Below are positions 20,154 through 29,410 of a stretch of 49,537 nucleotides of DNA, piece after piece; the first letter of the stretch is position 1, and the number at the start of each line of letters is the position of its first letter. Below the pieces are notes generated by a model that saw nothing but the letters and a program-made list of their open reading frames with translations, was not told the origin of the DNA and ran no database searches. The stretch is taken from positions 7,184 to 56,720 of the forward strand of contig JBMFOP010000005.1 in assembly GCA_049969675.1 (NCBI GenBank), read 5' to 3'. The translations under genes were made by a program, and so were the position numbers. Source of the DNA: Myxococcota bacterium. Lineage in GTDB: Bacteria; Myxococcota; SpSt-1050.

Positions 20154-21253
20154 AATTTTTATTTCTTTTTTCAACATCTACACTGACCGGACAGGCAGCT
20201 CAATCATATAATATATTAAAATATTTAGCAGAAAGTGGACAAAAAGTCATAACAATAATTGACCAGAATAGAGAAGGAAATCTCAGGGATTATTTACTGA
20301 AGGCAGATGCAAAGATTATTGATACGGTCTCAATCTCCAATAAGAATAAGATTATCTCTAAATATGCTGAGATAAATAGAGTTCATTCAATAATTATGGA
20401 TATGAGGCCAGATTTTATAGTATCTTCATTTTCAAATGATCATTTTACAGCGGTTCTTGCCAATAAAAAATCAGATTTTAAGGGGAAGATAATCAGATTC
20501 TTTCACAGCAGAAAAGTTAGAAAAGATATTATACATAAAAGGCTATTTGAAAATACCGATATCTTTATATTTTATGATTTTGATATTTATTTAGATTTCA
20601 AGAGAAAATATCCAGAATTGGAGAAGAGAATCTATCTGTTGCCGCCTTCAATTGACACCGAACTTTTTATTGTAAAAAATAGAGATGAGACACGTAGATA
20701 CTTTGGCTTGAAAAGTGATATTTTTGTTGTTGGATATACAGGTATGTTTCAAAGGGGCAGGATGCACAGAGAATTGATAAAGTCGTTTTATGAGTATAAG
20801 AAGTTGAATAGAGAGTCAAAACTTCTAATAGTTGGAAGTGGTGAGACCTTTGATAAAATAAAAAAATATTCTGAATGTGTATTAAGGGATGATGTTATAT
20901 TTACTGGATTTGTGAGCGATGAGAGACTCGTTGATGCATATAATGCTATGGACCTGTTCTTGCTTTTAAAAGGGGGTCATGATTCATCTCTCAGGATGTT
21001 GTATGAGGCACAGTCCTGCGGGACATATATCCTCACCTATAAGAATTATCCAGCACTTAGGTTGCTTGAAGTTACAAATTATGGTGGATTTTTATCGGAT
21101 GTGAATGATAAAAAAGGTATAGGAAATTCAATATACGACTCCCAGAAAGTTGTAAATGATTCATTGAGAATAAGTATTCATAAGAAGGTGCGGGAAGAAT
21201 TTGGTATTGATAAGATAGGGAAACTCTTCTTAAAAATATGCGAAGATTTATAA
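20150..21253 (+). CDS. Glycosyltransferase family 4
   Basis: IDTELF, LLIVGSG, VIFTGFV, YNAMD and YEAQSCG GT-B motifs. Confidence 0.8.
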   Translation: MKFLFLFSTSTLTGQAAQSYNILKYLAESGQKVITIIDQNREGNLRDYLLKADAKIIDTVSISNKNKIISKYAEINRVHSIIMDMRPDFIVSSFSNDHFTAVLANKKSDFKGKIIRFFHSRKVRKDIIHKRLFENTDIFIFYDFDIYLDFKRKYPELEKRIYLLPPSIDTELFIVKNRDETRRYFGLKSDIFVVGYTGMFQRGRMHRELIKSFYEYKKLNRESKLLIVGSGETFDKIKKYSECVLRDDVIFTGFVSDERLVDAYNAMDLFLLLKGGHDSSLRMLYEAQSCGTYILTYKNYPALRLLEVTNYGGFLSDVNDKKGIGNSIYDSQKVVNDSLRISIHKKVREEFGIDKIGKLFLKICEDL

Positions 21254-21284
21254 AAATTCTATTTTTGGTATATATTTTAGTTGA

Positions 21285-21312
21285 TTGACAAAATACTATA
21301 ATTGATTAAAAT
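21285..21312 (+). promoter_or_regulatory. Sigma70 promoter of rnpB
   Basis: TTGACA(21285)-N16-TAAAAT(21307), ending about 7 nt before the RNA 5' end. Confidence 0.75.
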
Positions 21313-21319
21313 ATCAATT

Positions 21320-21670
21320 GAAGTGGTACGGGTAATCGCTGATATAGAATTAATTTCTATGTCAGAGGAAAGTCCGGGCTCCACAGGGCAGGGCGTCCGT
21401 CAATAGCGGATACCATAAGGTAAGGAAAGTGCCACAGAGACCATACCGCCTATCTCGGATAGGTAAGGGTGAAAATGTGAGGTAAGAGCTCACATCTGAT
21501 ATCGGAGACGATATCAGAGGGTAAACCCCGCCCGGAGCAAGACCAAACAGTTCTGGAATTTGAGGTTGCCCGCCTCATTGCGATTTATGTCGCATACAGA
21601 ACGGGTAGGTCGCTTAGATAAATGATTACCGCCCTTTATGGGTACAGAACCCGGCTTACAGTACCACTTC
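21320..21670 (+). ncRNA. rnpB: RNase P RNA, bacterial type A, lacking P18
   Basis: P1 gaagtggtac/gtaccacttc; conserved GAGGAAAGTCCGGGCTCC, AGTGCCACAGA, GGGTGAAA, GGTAAACCCC, GAGCAAGACC, ACAGAACCCGGCTTA. Confidence 0.97.
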
Positions 21671-23588
21671 ATTTTTTCTTGCTTTTATATTCGTTAATGA
21701 TTTTAATTACCTGCTCTACATCCGGCCCGTTTGGGTCAAGTTCAATATACTTTTCATATTGTCTTATTGATAGTTCTGCCTTTCCGAGCATAGCATAACA
21801 GGCGCCAAGTCCTCTATATGCCATAGCAAAATCGGGCTTTAGTCTTATCGCAGATTTATAATATTCGGCTGCAATATCATATTTGCCACTCTTAAAATAA
21901 TTATTTGCCTCTCTAAAGTAGTCGTGTGGCCCCATTGCCGAACCCGCCCTGATAGTTTGTATTTTCTCCTGTTTTGGCTTTGCAGCCTTCACCCTGGTTT
22001 CGCTCCTATCTGCAGTCTTTGTTGTATCTTCTATCTCTGTCTTTGTCTCTATCTCCTTTTTCTCAGGTACATTAACTGCTGCTGGATTTACTGGAAGTGG
22101 TGTGTTGAATTTGATCTCCCTCTTTATATCTGACTCAATTCCAGATGTTACACTCCTGTAAATTACAGAGCTCAAAATAAATACAATTATAAAGAGGACA
22201 CCAATACCAATGGCTATATTTTTTTTGTTGAATAAATTCTCAAAATTTATAGATTTATTTTCCTTTATCGCCGATCTCCTCTCTTTTAGTGGGGTGTTTA
22301 CCTTCGGCACAGGAGATCTGGGCTTTGGCACCTCTGAGACCAACCTCAACTCCTCATCTGCTGGATAAGTTAACTTTGAATCATCAAGTTGGATAGATCC
22401 CTCTTTTTCTGCGGCAGTAGTATCAATAATGATAGAGTCTGGCCTATTCTCTTCTTGGGGCACAGTAGTATTTATATCTTCTGGTTTTGAATAGGGGTCA
22501 AACCAGACACTATGACTATCTGCAAAGAGTTGATTTCTAACTTCGGCTATCTTTTCTGGAGGTATATCAATGGGTGGTATATCTTCAGTCTTTAACTCAA
22601 ATTCATTGCCCTTGAATTTATTTATATCAACTGGAATATCTGTATCGTTTGACTGCCCAATATGTGCCGTTTTTAATGCATCAAAAAGCTCCTGCATCGT
22701 CTGATATCTATCAGCCGGGTTCTTTGCAAGACATTTGAGACATATAGGTTCAAATGCTGGGGGTATATCTGGATTATAAAATTTAAGGGGTTTGGGGGAT
22801 TTCGTTTTGTGCATCATCAAAAGATTAAGTAGATTGGAAGAGGTAAATGGTAGATTACCGGTTAGCATCTGATACATTATAACGCCCAATGAATATATAT
22901 CTGTGCGATGGTCTACTTTCTCCTGTGATGCCTGTTCGGGGCTCATATATTCGGGAGTTCCAATAATTATTCCAGATGAGGTTAATCTGGTATTAACATC
23001 GCCAGCTATCTTGGATATGCCAAAATCTAAAATCTTTACAAAATAGTTGTTTCTCCCTTTTTCAATGAGCATAATATTATCGGGCTTGAGGTCCCTATGG
23101 ATAATGCCTTCTTGATGAACATAGTAGAGTGCATCAGCACATTGGATAAGAATCTCGGCTGTCACATCGGGAGGGATGATTTTAAGTTGGTTTAATAAAT
23201 CATATAATGTCTTTCCCCTGATATATTCCATTACAAAGATGAAAGAACCTGTTGGAGTCTTGCCAAAATCAGTGATTTCTATGATGTTTGGATGTCCAAT
23301 CTTTGAAGTGACCTTTGCCTCATTTATAAATCTTTTTAATGAATCTTCTCTTTGAACAAGCTCTGGATTAATAACCTTGATTGCAAAAGGCTTACTGAGT
23401 ACAATGTGCTCGGCTTTATATACCTTTCCCATCCCTCCTTCACCTATTTTTTCAATTACCTTATATCTTTTATCAAGGATGGTTCCGAGTAAGTTGTCAT
23501 TGACACTTTCCACAAGCCTGGTACTATCAAATGGACAGAAATTCTCCTTATCATCAAATGTCCTGTTGCATTTGGGACATCTCTTCAC
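21669..23588 (-). CDS. Membrane Hanks-type Ser/Thr kinase with N-terminal Zn ribbon and C-terminal TPR
   Basis: CPKC...CPFD; GEGGMG, AIK, HRDLKPDN, DFG, GTPEYMSPE; TM segment; TPR repeats. Confidence 0.93.
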   Translation of the reverse strand: MKRCPKCNRTFDDKENFCPFDSTRLVESVNDNLLGTILDKRYKVIEKIGEGGMGKVYKAEHIVLSKPFAIKVINPELVQREDSLKRFINEAKVTSKIGHPNIIEITDFGKTPTGSFIFVMEYIRGKTLYDLLNQLKIIPPDVTAEILIQCADALYYVHQEGIIHRDLKPDNIMLIEKGRNNYFVKILDFGISKIAGDVNTRLTSSGIIIGTPEYMSPEQASQEKVDHRTDIYSLGVIMYQMLTGNLPFTSSNLLNLLMMHKTKSPKPLKFYNPDIPPAFEPICLKCLAKNPADRYQTMQELFDALKTAHIGQSNDTDIPVDINKFKGNEFELKTEDIPPIDIPPEKIAEVRNQLFADSHSVWFDPYSKPEDINTTVPQEENRPDSIIIDTTAAEKEGSIQLDDSKLTYPADEELRLVSEVPKPRSPVPKVNTPLKERRSAIKENKSINFENLFNKKNIAIGIGVLFIIVFILSSVIYRSVTSGIESDIKREIKFNTPLPVNPAAVNVPEKKEIETKTEIEDTTKTADRSETRVKAAKPKQEKIQTIRAGSAMGPHDYFREANNYFKSGKYDIAAEYYKSAIRLKPDFAMAYRGLGACYAMLGKAELSIRQYEKYIELDPNGPDVEQVIKIINEYKSKKK

Positions 23589-23657
23589 AGATAGCGCTCC
23601 CGAAATTAGAAATACATACTTATTAATATCATAAAAATATCAAAAATCAAAATCTAA

Positions 23658-24746
23658 TCAAGGTAGAAACTTTGAGGCATTTTTTATTTTCTCTGGCAGA
23701 TAGACATCAATGACATAATTCAGTCCATGTTTTGCAAGTGCCTGTTGCTCAGCCCTGACGCCCATATCTATAAGTTGATTGATTGCCCTCTTCCACTCGG
23801 GATAATGATTGAAGAATGGGTCATTTTTTATAGAGTCCTTTGCACGCTTGATATCTACATCTTTAAGCGGATGAGTGGGAAGTTTATAGTCAATGATATC
23901 CTGAGGAGTAATTCCTAAAAATCTTGCTTTGGGGACGCAGAAAAATTCATTTATATGTGCAGCATTGCCGGAGCCCACTTTGAGTGTTCTATAAATATTC
24001 CCTATCCCGTAAGGGTCACCATCTACAAATACATAGACAGGGAGTTTCATCTCATCAGATAGTCTCCTTATAAATCTCCTGCATGCCCTTGTTGGGACTC
24101 CGCCCATACTGATTAGTATGCAGTTGGCGCTCTGCCAGTAGTTGTGCTTTACAAGTCTCTGAAACATTCCAGCGGTCTCAATAGCAAGAATAAATTTTGC
24201 ATCTGTCTCAAATTGTAGATGTTCAACATATATCGGGATTGAGTATGCACCTGAGCCAAACTTTGTGCAGTCAATCCTGAGCTTCTTCTTTGTATTTCTA
24301 TCTTCATCAATGATAAACAATTTCCCCGCCACATCTCCACCTTTCTCCTCAGGTATAAAGCCGAGCTGTTCTCTATTGACCTGAAAGAATGCCTCCACAT
24401 CGTCCATCACTGTGTCAGACTCTACCTGCTCATTAAATCTCGCATCTCCCCAATTTTTTGAGACATAGTAAGCCTCTCTCTTGGTAGCGATATCGTCTGT
24501 GGCTATAAGTTCTTTTGAAAGGGCGACCATTCTTAAAGTCTGTGCAAATGTCTTTACAGTATTGACTGTCAGTGTCCTGGATTTCTTTCTACCTTTAAGT
24601 TCAAAAAAGCCAACCTTCGGGTCATATTTTACATTTTGAAGAGACCTCAACGGAAATGCCATTTTGGGGCTTTTTCTATGAATAATATCTGAATATATCT
24701 CCTGTGCTGCTTCCTTTATCTTTTTAAGTATAATCTCTTTTGCCAT
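23658..24746 (-). CDS. top6A: DNA topoisomerase VI subunit A
   Basis: TKREAYY (catalytic Tyr), IETAG, GVPTR, DGDPYG TOPRIM, AEQQAL. Confidence 0.93.
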   Translation of the reverse strand: MAKEIILKKIKEAAQEIYSDIIHRKSPKMAFPLRSLQNVKYDPKVGFFELKGRKKSRTLTVNTVKTFAQTLRMVALSKELIATDDIATKREAYYVSKNWGDARFNEQVESDTVMDDVEAFFQVNREQLGFIPEEKGGDVAGKLFIIDEDRNTKKKLRIDCTKFGSGAYSIPIYVEHLQFETDAKFILAIETAGMFQRLVKHNYWQSANCILISMGGVPTRACRRFIRRLSDEMKLPVYVFVDGDPYGIGNIYRTLKVGSGNAAHINEFFCVPKARFLGITPQDIIDYKLPTHPLKDVDIKRAKDSIKNDPFFNHYPEWKRAINQLIDMGVRAEQQALAKHGLNYVIDVYLPEKIKNASKFLP

Positions 24747-24748
24747 AG

Positions 24749-26455
24749 TCAATCTGCCTCCCTGAGTATTATTCTGGTGCGGCTCTTTTCAAGTGTCTCT
24801 TTTAAGGTGATATTTACCTTCTCCTCTTCGCCTTTATTGAGTTCCAGAATCTCTCTTAATGCCTCGCCAATGTGAGGGATGTATTTTTCAATATATGACT
24901 TCTTCTTCTCCTGATCCATAAACCTTCGCGTTCGGGATATGTGCATTGAGACCTGTCTACCACATTCCATCAGTGCAAGTCTTATCTCCTTTAGGATTTC
25001 GGGATAATGGGCAACTGCCTCTTTACTCTCAGATGTAAATGGCACCCACGCAGAGGCAATGTGAATAAAGATTACCATTGGTCCTATTGGGAGTGCACCC
25101 TTCGGCTGTTGCAGATTATACGACCTCCAGGATGTAGATATTACTGCCTTTGTCATCGCGCAGGCAGACTGTTGATATAAAAGAGGCACCCTGTTTGCAA
25201 ATCTCATTATCTCAACTGGTTCTTCAGAAGGCAATTCTCCTCCGTAGGCAATACCAGACTCAATAAGAAATGGATTGCCTCTATAAACGGTGGGTGGTCT
25301 TGTAACTGCATAATAGAGGTCTGCCTTATACTGTCTCTTAAGTGCGGAGATAATCAACTCATCACCTATTGGTGATAGACAATTTGAAGGCGGAGCCATT
25401 ATTTTTACCTTTGGAATGCTCCGATAGAGGAGTTCAATCTGGGAGGGAGATAGTGTATTGATTCGCTGATCAACTTTGAGCCCGGCCATCTCTGCTATCT
25501 CCTGAGCGATTCTCGGTGAGACCCTTGAGAACTCCGTTGTAAAGAACTGCCTCAATGTCTTTGCCTTTGTATCCTGAAGCATCTTTATAAAAATTCCGAG
25601 TTCTACACCATAAGGATGAGGCTTAATCGGTTTTGATTCAACCGGTAGGGAATTGGAGACCCTTTCATACTTTATAAATTCACCCTCTGGCGGGTAGTAA
25701 ATAATGGTCGCGTGTGGATTTGCAAGGGCTGTCTGAAATATATATCCATCTACAGAATGTGAACCCTTCTTATAATTTGCCTCTATCTCCATCACTACTT
25801 TGGTGCCATGCTCCTTGGGGATATCATTATTAGTCCACTGAATTGTCTCTTCCTTTATTACCACAGGGGCATTCTTTCTGGTGTCAATCTGTATTTCAAA
25901 AAGATGGGATTCATTCTGGCTTTTGATTTTGGATAGCACTTGAATGGGTTTACCGGTTGTTAGCTGGGCGTACATACCGGCGGCGCTGATGCCGATTCCC
26001 TGCTGCCCCCTTGATTGCTTTAGTGTATGAAACTTTGAACCGTAGAGAAGTTTACCGAAGATCTTGGGGACCTGATTCTTCACAATCCCCGGGCCATTGT
26101 CTTCAACTGATATGACAAATCTATTCTCAGATATCTGCCTGATGACTATTATTATCTCGGGTAGAATCCCGGCCTCCTCGCAGGCATCCAGAGAGTTATC
26201 AACTGCTTCCTTAACTGTTGTAAGGAGTGCTTTTGAAGGGTTATCAAACCCTAATAGATGTCTATTTTTGAGGAAGAATTCAGATATTGAAATCTCTCTC
26301 TGCTTCTGAGCAAGTATATGGGCTGTATCAGTAGAAGGCTTTTTTATCTCTTTCTTATCTTTTGTAGACTCGTTACTATTTCCATCATTTTTAGTTTGTA
26401 AATTTTCTGCATCATTTTTAAATATATCCATTTGAATAGCTGTCTTCTTAACCAT
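24749..26455 (-). CDS. top6B: DNA topoisomerase VI subunit B
   Basis: SISEFF, EAVDNSLDA, DNGPG, SRGQQGIG GHKL motifs; RFANRVPL; VPFTSESKEA. GGAGG before ATG 26455. Confidence 0.95.
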   Translation of the reverse strand: MVKKTAIQMDIFKNDAENLQTKNDGNSNESTKDKKEIKKPSTDTAHILAQKQREISISEFFLKNRHLLGFDNPSKALLTTVKEAVDNSLDACEEAGILPEIIIVIRQISENRFVISVEDNGPGIVKNQVPKIFGKLLYGSKFHTLKQSRGQQGIGISAAGMYAQLTTGKPIQVLSKIKSQNESHLFEIQIDTRKNAPVVIKEETIQWTNNDIPKEHGTKVVMEIEANYKKGSHSVDGYIFQTALANPHATIIYYPPEGEFIKYERVSNSLPVESKPIKPHPYGVELGIFIKMLQDTKAKTLRQFFTTEFSRVSPRIAQEIAEMAGLKVDQRINTLSPSQIELLYRSIPKVKIMAPPSNCLSPIGDELIISALKRQYKADLYYAVTRPPTVYRGNPFLIESGIAYGGELPSEEPVEIMRFANRVPLLYQQSACAMTKAVISTSWRSYNLQQPKGALPIGPMVIFIHIASAWVPFTSESKEAVAHYPEILKEIRLALMECGRQVSMHISRTRRFMDQEKKKSYIEKYIPHIGEALREILELNKGEEEKVNITLKETLEKSRTRIILREAD

Positions 26456-26638
26456 CCTTTTGTTCCTCCAGATTTTCTCTGCGCAATGATATGTGTCCCT
26501 CGTTGCGCGTGGTTTCATATATCCAACCTTTACAAAATTTTCAAGTAAAAACAATAGAATAAATCAAATTATTTAAGATACGGATTAAAATCACCAAATC
26601 TCAAAAAGGGAATTCAAAATTCAAATGGATTTTTATTA

Positions 26639-26667
26639 TTGACGAGTAGCAAAAAATCATATAGACT
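26639..26667 (+). promoter_or_regulatory. Sigma70-like promoter, near-leaderless transcript
   Basis: TTGACG-N17-TAGACT ending 9 nt before ATG 26677; no SD sequence. Confidence 0.45.
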
Positions 26668-26676
26668 ACGGATTCT

Positions 26677-27669
26677 ATGAGTAAGGACATTATTAAGATT
26701 AGCAGTCTTTTTTTTCTGAGTCTTCTGGCAATACTCCTTTCATATTGCGGAGGGGGTTCAAACACAGAGGACGCCGGTTCGCCCGTATGTGAAGAGGGTG
26801 CAAGCTGTAAGAAGGGCAGTGATTGCAATGGTGGTATCTGCTCCGGTGGGAAGTGTAAATGCAGGTCCTCAAACTTCTGTATTTCAGATAAGGAGTGCGG
26901 ACCTGGTATGTGCTGTGACACATTGAAAAATGAATGTTATGTATGCGCACCTGATGTGGAAGTGTCGGATATCTCTGATACCTCAACGGATACTGTTATA
27001 ACGGATGTATCAAAGGATATCATTACAGATGTCACGATAGATGTGGGACCAAAAGATACGGGAGCAGATGAGGTTACTGATACTGGTTATGATGCAGGGA
27101 GCCCCTGTGACAATTATAAATGTGACTGCGGTAGTTATTGTGTGGTCGTCAATAATAAGGCAGAATGCAAGACCGGTTGTCAGAAATCTACCGATTGTTG
27201 TCAGGGCCAATATTGTGATACAAATACCCACACCTGTAAAACAAATACTATCTGTCATAGTGATCAGGAGTGTGCAAATAATCCAGTCAATAAACATTGT
27301 GATATCGGAGATACCTTTGAATGTAAAGAGTGTATTCTCAATTCACATTGTGATCAGACAAAAGGGTATTTCTGTGAGGTTGTCTCAAAGACCTGCCAGA
27401 AGATTCAGGATGCCTGCAACGGGAGCTGTGATTATACCAAACAATTTTGTAGCACCAAGAATAATCCGCCGAGTTGCCAGCCCAAAAATCCAGACCTCTG
27501 TAAGAGTTGCAGTGTTACACTAAATAATTGTCCTTCTCCACTTGTATGTCAGCCGATTGACCCGATGAATCCATTAAAGGGCGGCACCTGCCAGGTGGAG
27601 TGCTATTCAGTTGAGGACTGCTTTGGGAATGCCTGTGATACGCAGTGGCATCAATGTGTATGTCAATAG
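26677..27669 (+). CDS. Cys-rich lipoprotein (myxobacterial-type repeats)
   Basis: LSYC lipobox, CxxDxEC modules, Asp/Thr-rich linker. Confidence 0.7.
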   Translation: MSKDIIKISSLFFLSLLAILLSYCGGGSNTEDAGSPVCEEGASCKKGSDCNGGICSGGKCKCRSSNFCISDKECGPGMCCDTLKNECYVCAPDVEVSDISDTSTDTVITDVSKDIITDVTIDVGPKDTGADEVTDTGYDAGSPCDNYKCDCGSYCVVVNNKAECKTGCQKSTDCCQGQYCDTNTHTCKTNTICHSDQECANNPVNKHCDIGDTFECKECILNSHCDQTKGYFCEVVSKTCQKIQDACNGSCDYTKQFCSTKNNPPSCQPKNPDLCKSCSVTLNNCPSPLVCQPIDPMNPLKGGTCQVECYSVEDCFGNACDTQWHQCVCQ

Positions 27670-27812
27670 CAGTCTGATTCTCCAAGCTCATAAAAATTTC
27701 TATTATTCTTCCTGTTTGGATTCTTTTTCTTCTGTACAGAATACCTTTTTAATACCGCCTCCGGGACTTCAAATCTCTTCCCTTTATAAAGAATCTTGAC
27801 CTTCTTCTTCAT
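27663..27812 (-). CDS. Putative internally initiated 49-aa peptide (candidate RiPP precursor), in frame with the radical SAM gene
   Basis: AGGAGG (27824-27819) lies 6 nt before ATG 27812; MKKKVKILYKGKRFEVPEAVLKRYSVQKKKNPNRKNNRNFYELGESDCY. Confidence 0.5.
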   Translation of the reverse strand: MKKKVKILYKGKRFEVPEAVLKRYSVQKKKNPNRKNNRNFYELGESDCY

Positions 27813-28676
27813 CTCAGACCTCCTATTTAATAATATCTCATAAGCATTAGAAATTGCAACTCTTATTTTGCAACCATCTCCTGGAATATCCTTGAATACA
27901 CAGGGGATACAGAATCTCTTTGCCTTACATTTTATACAATTTGAATCAAATCTACCTTTTAAGATATCCATTTGTGGGAAGTAAATGGCTCTGTGGCATG
28001 GATAAATTTTGCCATTTATGTCAATAGCGTTTGGTTCTTTGAGTGATTTACAGATTTTATCTTTGTTAATACCGATATGCAAAATCTTTTCAAAGTCATA
28101 AATCAACTCCATACCCTTCATTTTAATGAGACGCGAATACAGATTTTTTAGTTCTAACAGGCTTGAATTATTCCATTCAATCCCATAAGCAGGGGAGATT
28201 CCAATATAATAATTTTCTGAAATGATTGAGTTTATGTCTTTATAAATACTTTTTACATTTTTGGGGGTGATGGTAAATCTTACAAAGAGATGATTTGACG
28301 GCAAAATGCTATTTAATTTTCTAAGAAGAGTTGTGGTTTTCTTATTATATGACAGGACAATAAACGGTTTGAAAGTGATTGCAAATTTATAAAATTCCTG
28401 ATTTAGGGATTCGGTGTTTGTAATTAGAGCAGGAGTTACTCTAAAGCCATCTTCTTTGAGTTTTAATAAAATATCTATAATCTCTGAAATCTTGTTTGTC
28501 GGTTCTCCGCCAGAGAAGGTGAGATTTATCTCCTTCTCATTTTTTGAGATATTTTTTATAGAGTCAAGGATCCTGTGTGTCTCTGGTACTATATCTTTCT
28601 TACCCTTTTTGGAATTGTAGCAATAATAACAATCTTTATCGCAATTTCTACTTATTTCAATAAATATCTTCTTCAT
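27663..28676 (-). CDS. Radical SAM/SPASM-domain protein with C-terminal peptide extension
   Basis: CDKDCYYC, FSGGEP, ITN; SPASM-like C...GKIYPC...CIKCKAKRFCIPC...C. Confidence 0.85.
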   Translation of the reverse strand: MKKIFIEISRNCDKDCYYCYNSKKGKKDIVPETHRILDSIKNISKNEKEINLTFSGGEPTNKISEIIDILLKLKEDGFRVTPALITNTESLNQEFYKFAITFKPFIVLSYNKKTTTLLRKLNSILPSNHLFVRFTITPKNVKSIYKDINSIISENYYIGISPAYGIEWNNSSLLELKNLYSRLIKMKGMELIYDFEKILHIGINKDKICKSLKEPNAIDINGKIYPCHRAIYFPQMDILKGRFDSNCIKCKAKRFCIPCVFKDIPGDGCKIRVAISNAYEILLNRRSEMKKKVKILYKGKRFEVPEAVLKRYSVQKKKNPNRKNNRNFYELGESDCY

Positions 28677-28720
28677 TAGAATACAATAGTGTATTGTGAC
28701 TAAAATTTCAAGTTATATTA

Positions 28721-28822
28721 GTGCTATCCAGAATAATCTGCTTGCAGAAGTTAAGTATTTGTAAATAAAGATCCTAAATTGAAAAACTCACATTAAATAC
28801 AACAGGTTATTACCTCAAATCC
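28721..28822 (+). repeat. Type A repeat copy (degenerate direct repeat of 28921-29017, offset 200 bp)
   Basis: gtgctatccagaataatctgcttgcagaagttaagtatttgtaaa...cacatt...caggttattacct versus ctgctgtccaaaataatctgatttgagaagttatctatttgtaaa...cacatt...caggttgtccacct. Confidence 0.75.
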
Positions 28823-28917
28823 TTTTATTTTATAGGTAAAGATCCGTTGAATTTAGGTTTTTTAATTATCTTCTGTGTTATTTGTAAAATACCTATATAT
28901 TAAGAAATTATGTAGGT

Positions 28918-29223
28918 TCACTGCTGTCCAAAATAATCTGATTTGAGAAGTTATCTATTTGTAAAATAAGGGTTTTGTATGGATAAATTCACATTTTCAA
29001 GATCAGGTTGTCCACCTTTCTTCAATATTAATTTCTTCTAAATGCTGTTCAACTTTTGTAACCTTCAATGTTGCTTACCCTAAATCAGGCACGACTGGTG
29101 GGGTCTTGAATGGTCTATCTGTGGGATTTGTCAAAAACTGCCACAATTCATATTCATATAAAGCCCCTTTTAAAAATTAAATATCTTGTGGCTTCAATGA
29201 AAAGATTATTTTGGACAGATGTG
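28918..29223. mobile_element. MITE-like/IS remnant bounded by A and B ends
   Basis: Perfect 16-bp inverted repeat CTGTCCAAAATAATCT (28924-28939) / AGATTATTTTGGACAG (29203-29218); no ORF inside; no clear target-site duplication. Confidence 0.55.
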
Positions 29224-29410
29224 TTGTAAAATATACTTTCAACAGATGTGCTTCTATAACTTATTTTATACAATTTTCATCAATTTAAACCTATTAATTT
29301 GACGATTCTTTACTTGAAGGGTCATTGAGGCATATGTTTGTATAGTAAATCAAGTTTGGCTTGTAATACGCATCCTTTGTATGTAGATTATTTACTATAT
29401 ACAATCTATC

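Noticed and set aside
24749..26554. ORF-track starts such as top6B 26554, 5998, 17494 and 34322
   Set aside because: Downstream ATGs with SD sequences and proper N-termini (26455, 6070, 17557, 34280) fit better.
28721..29223. CRISPR array
   Set aside because: Only two degenerate direct copies 200 bp apart plus an inverted end; no regular repeat-spacer period and no cas genes.
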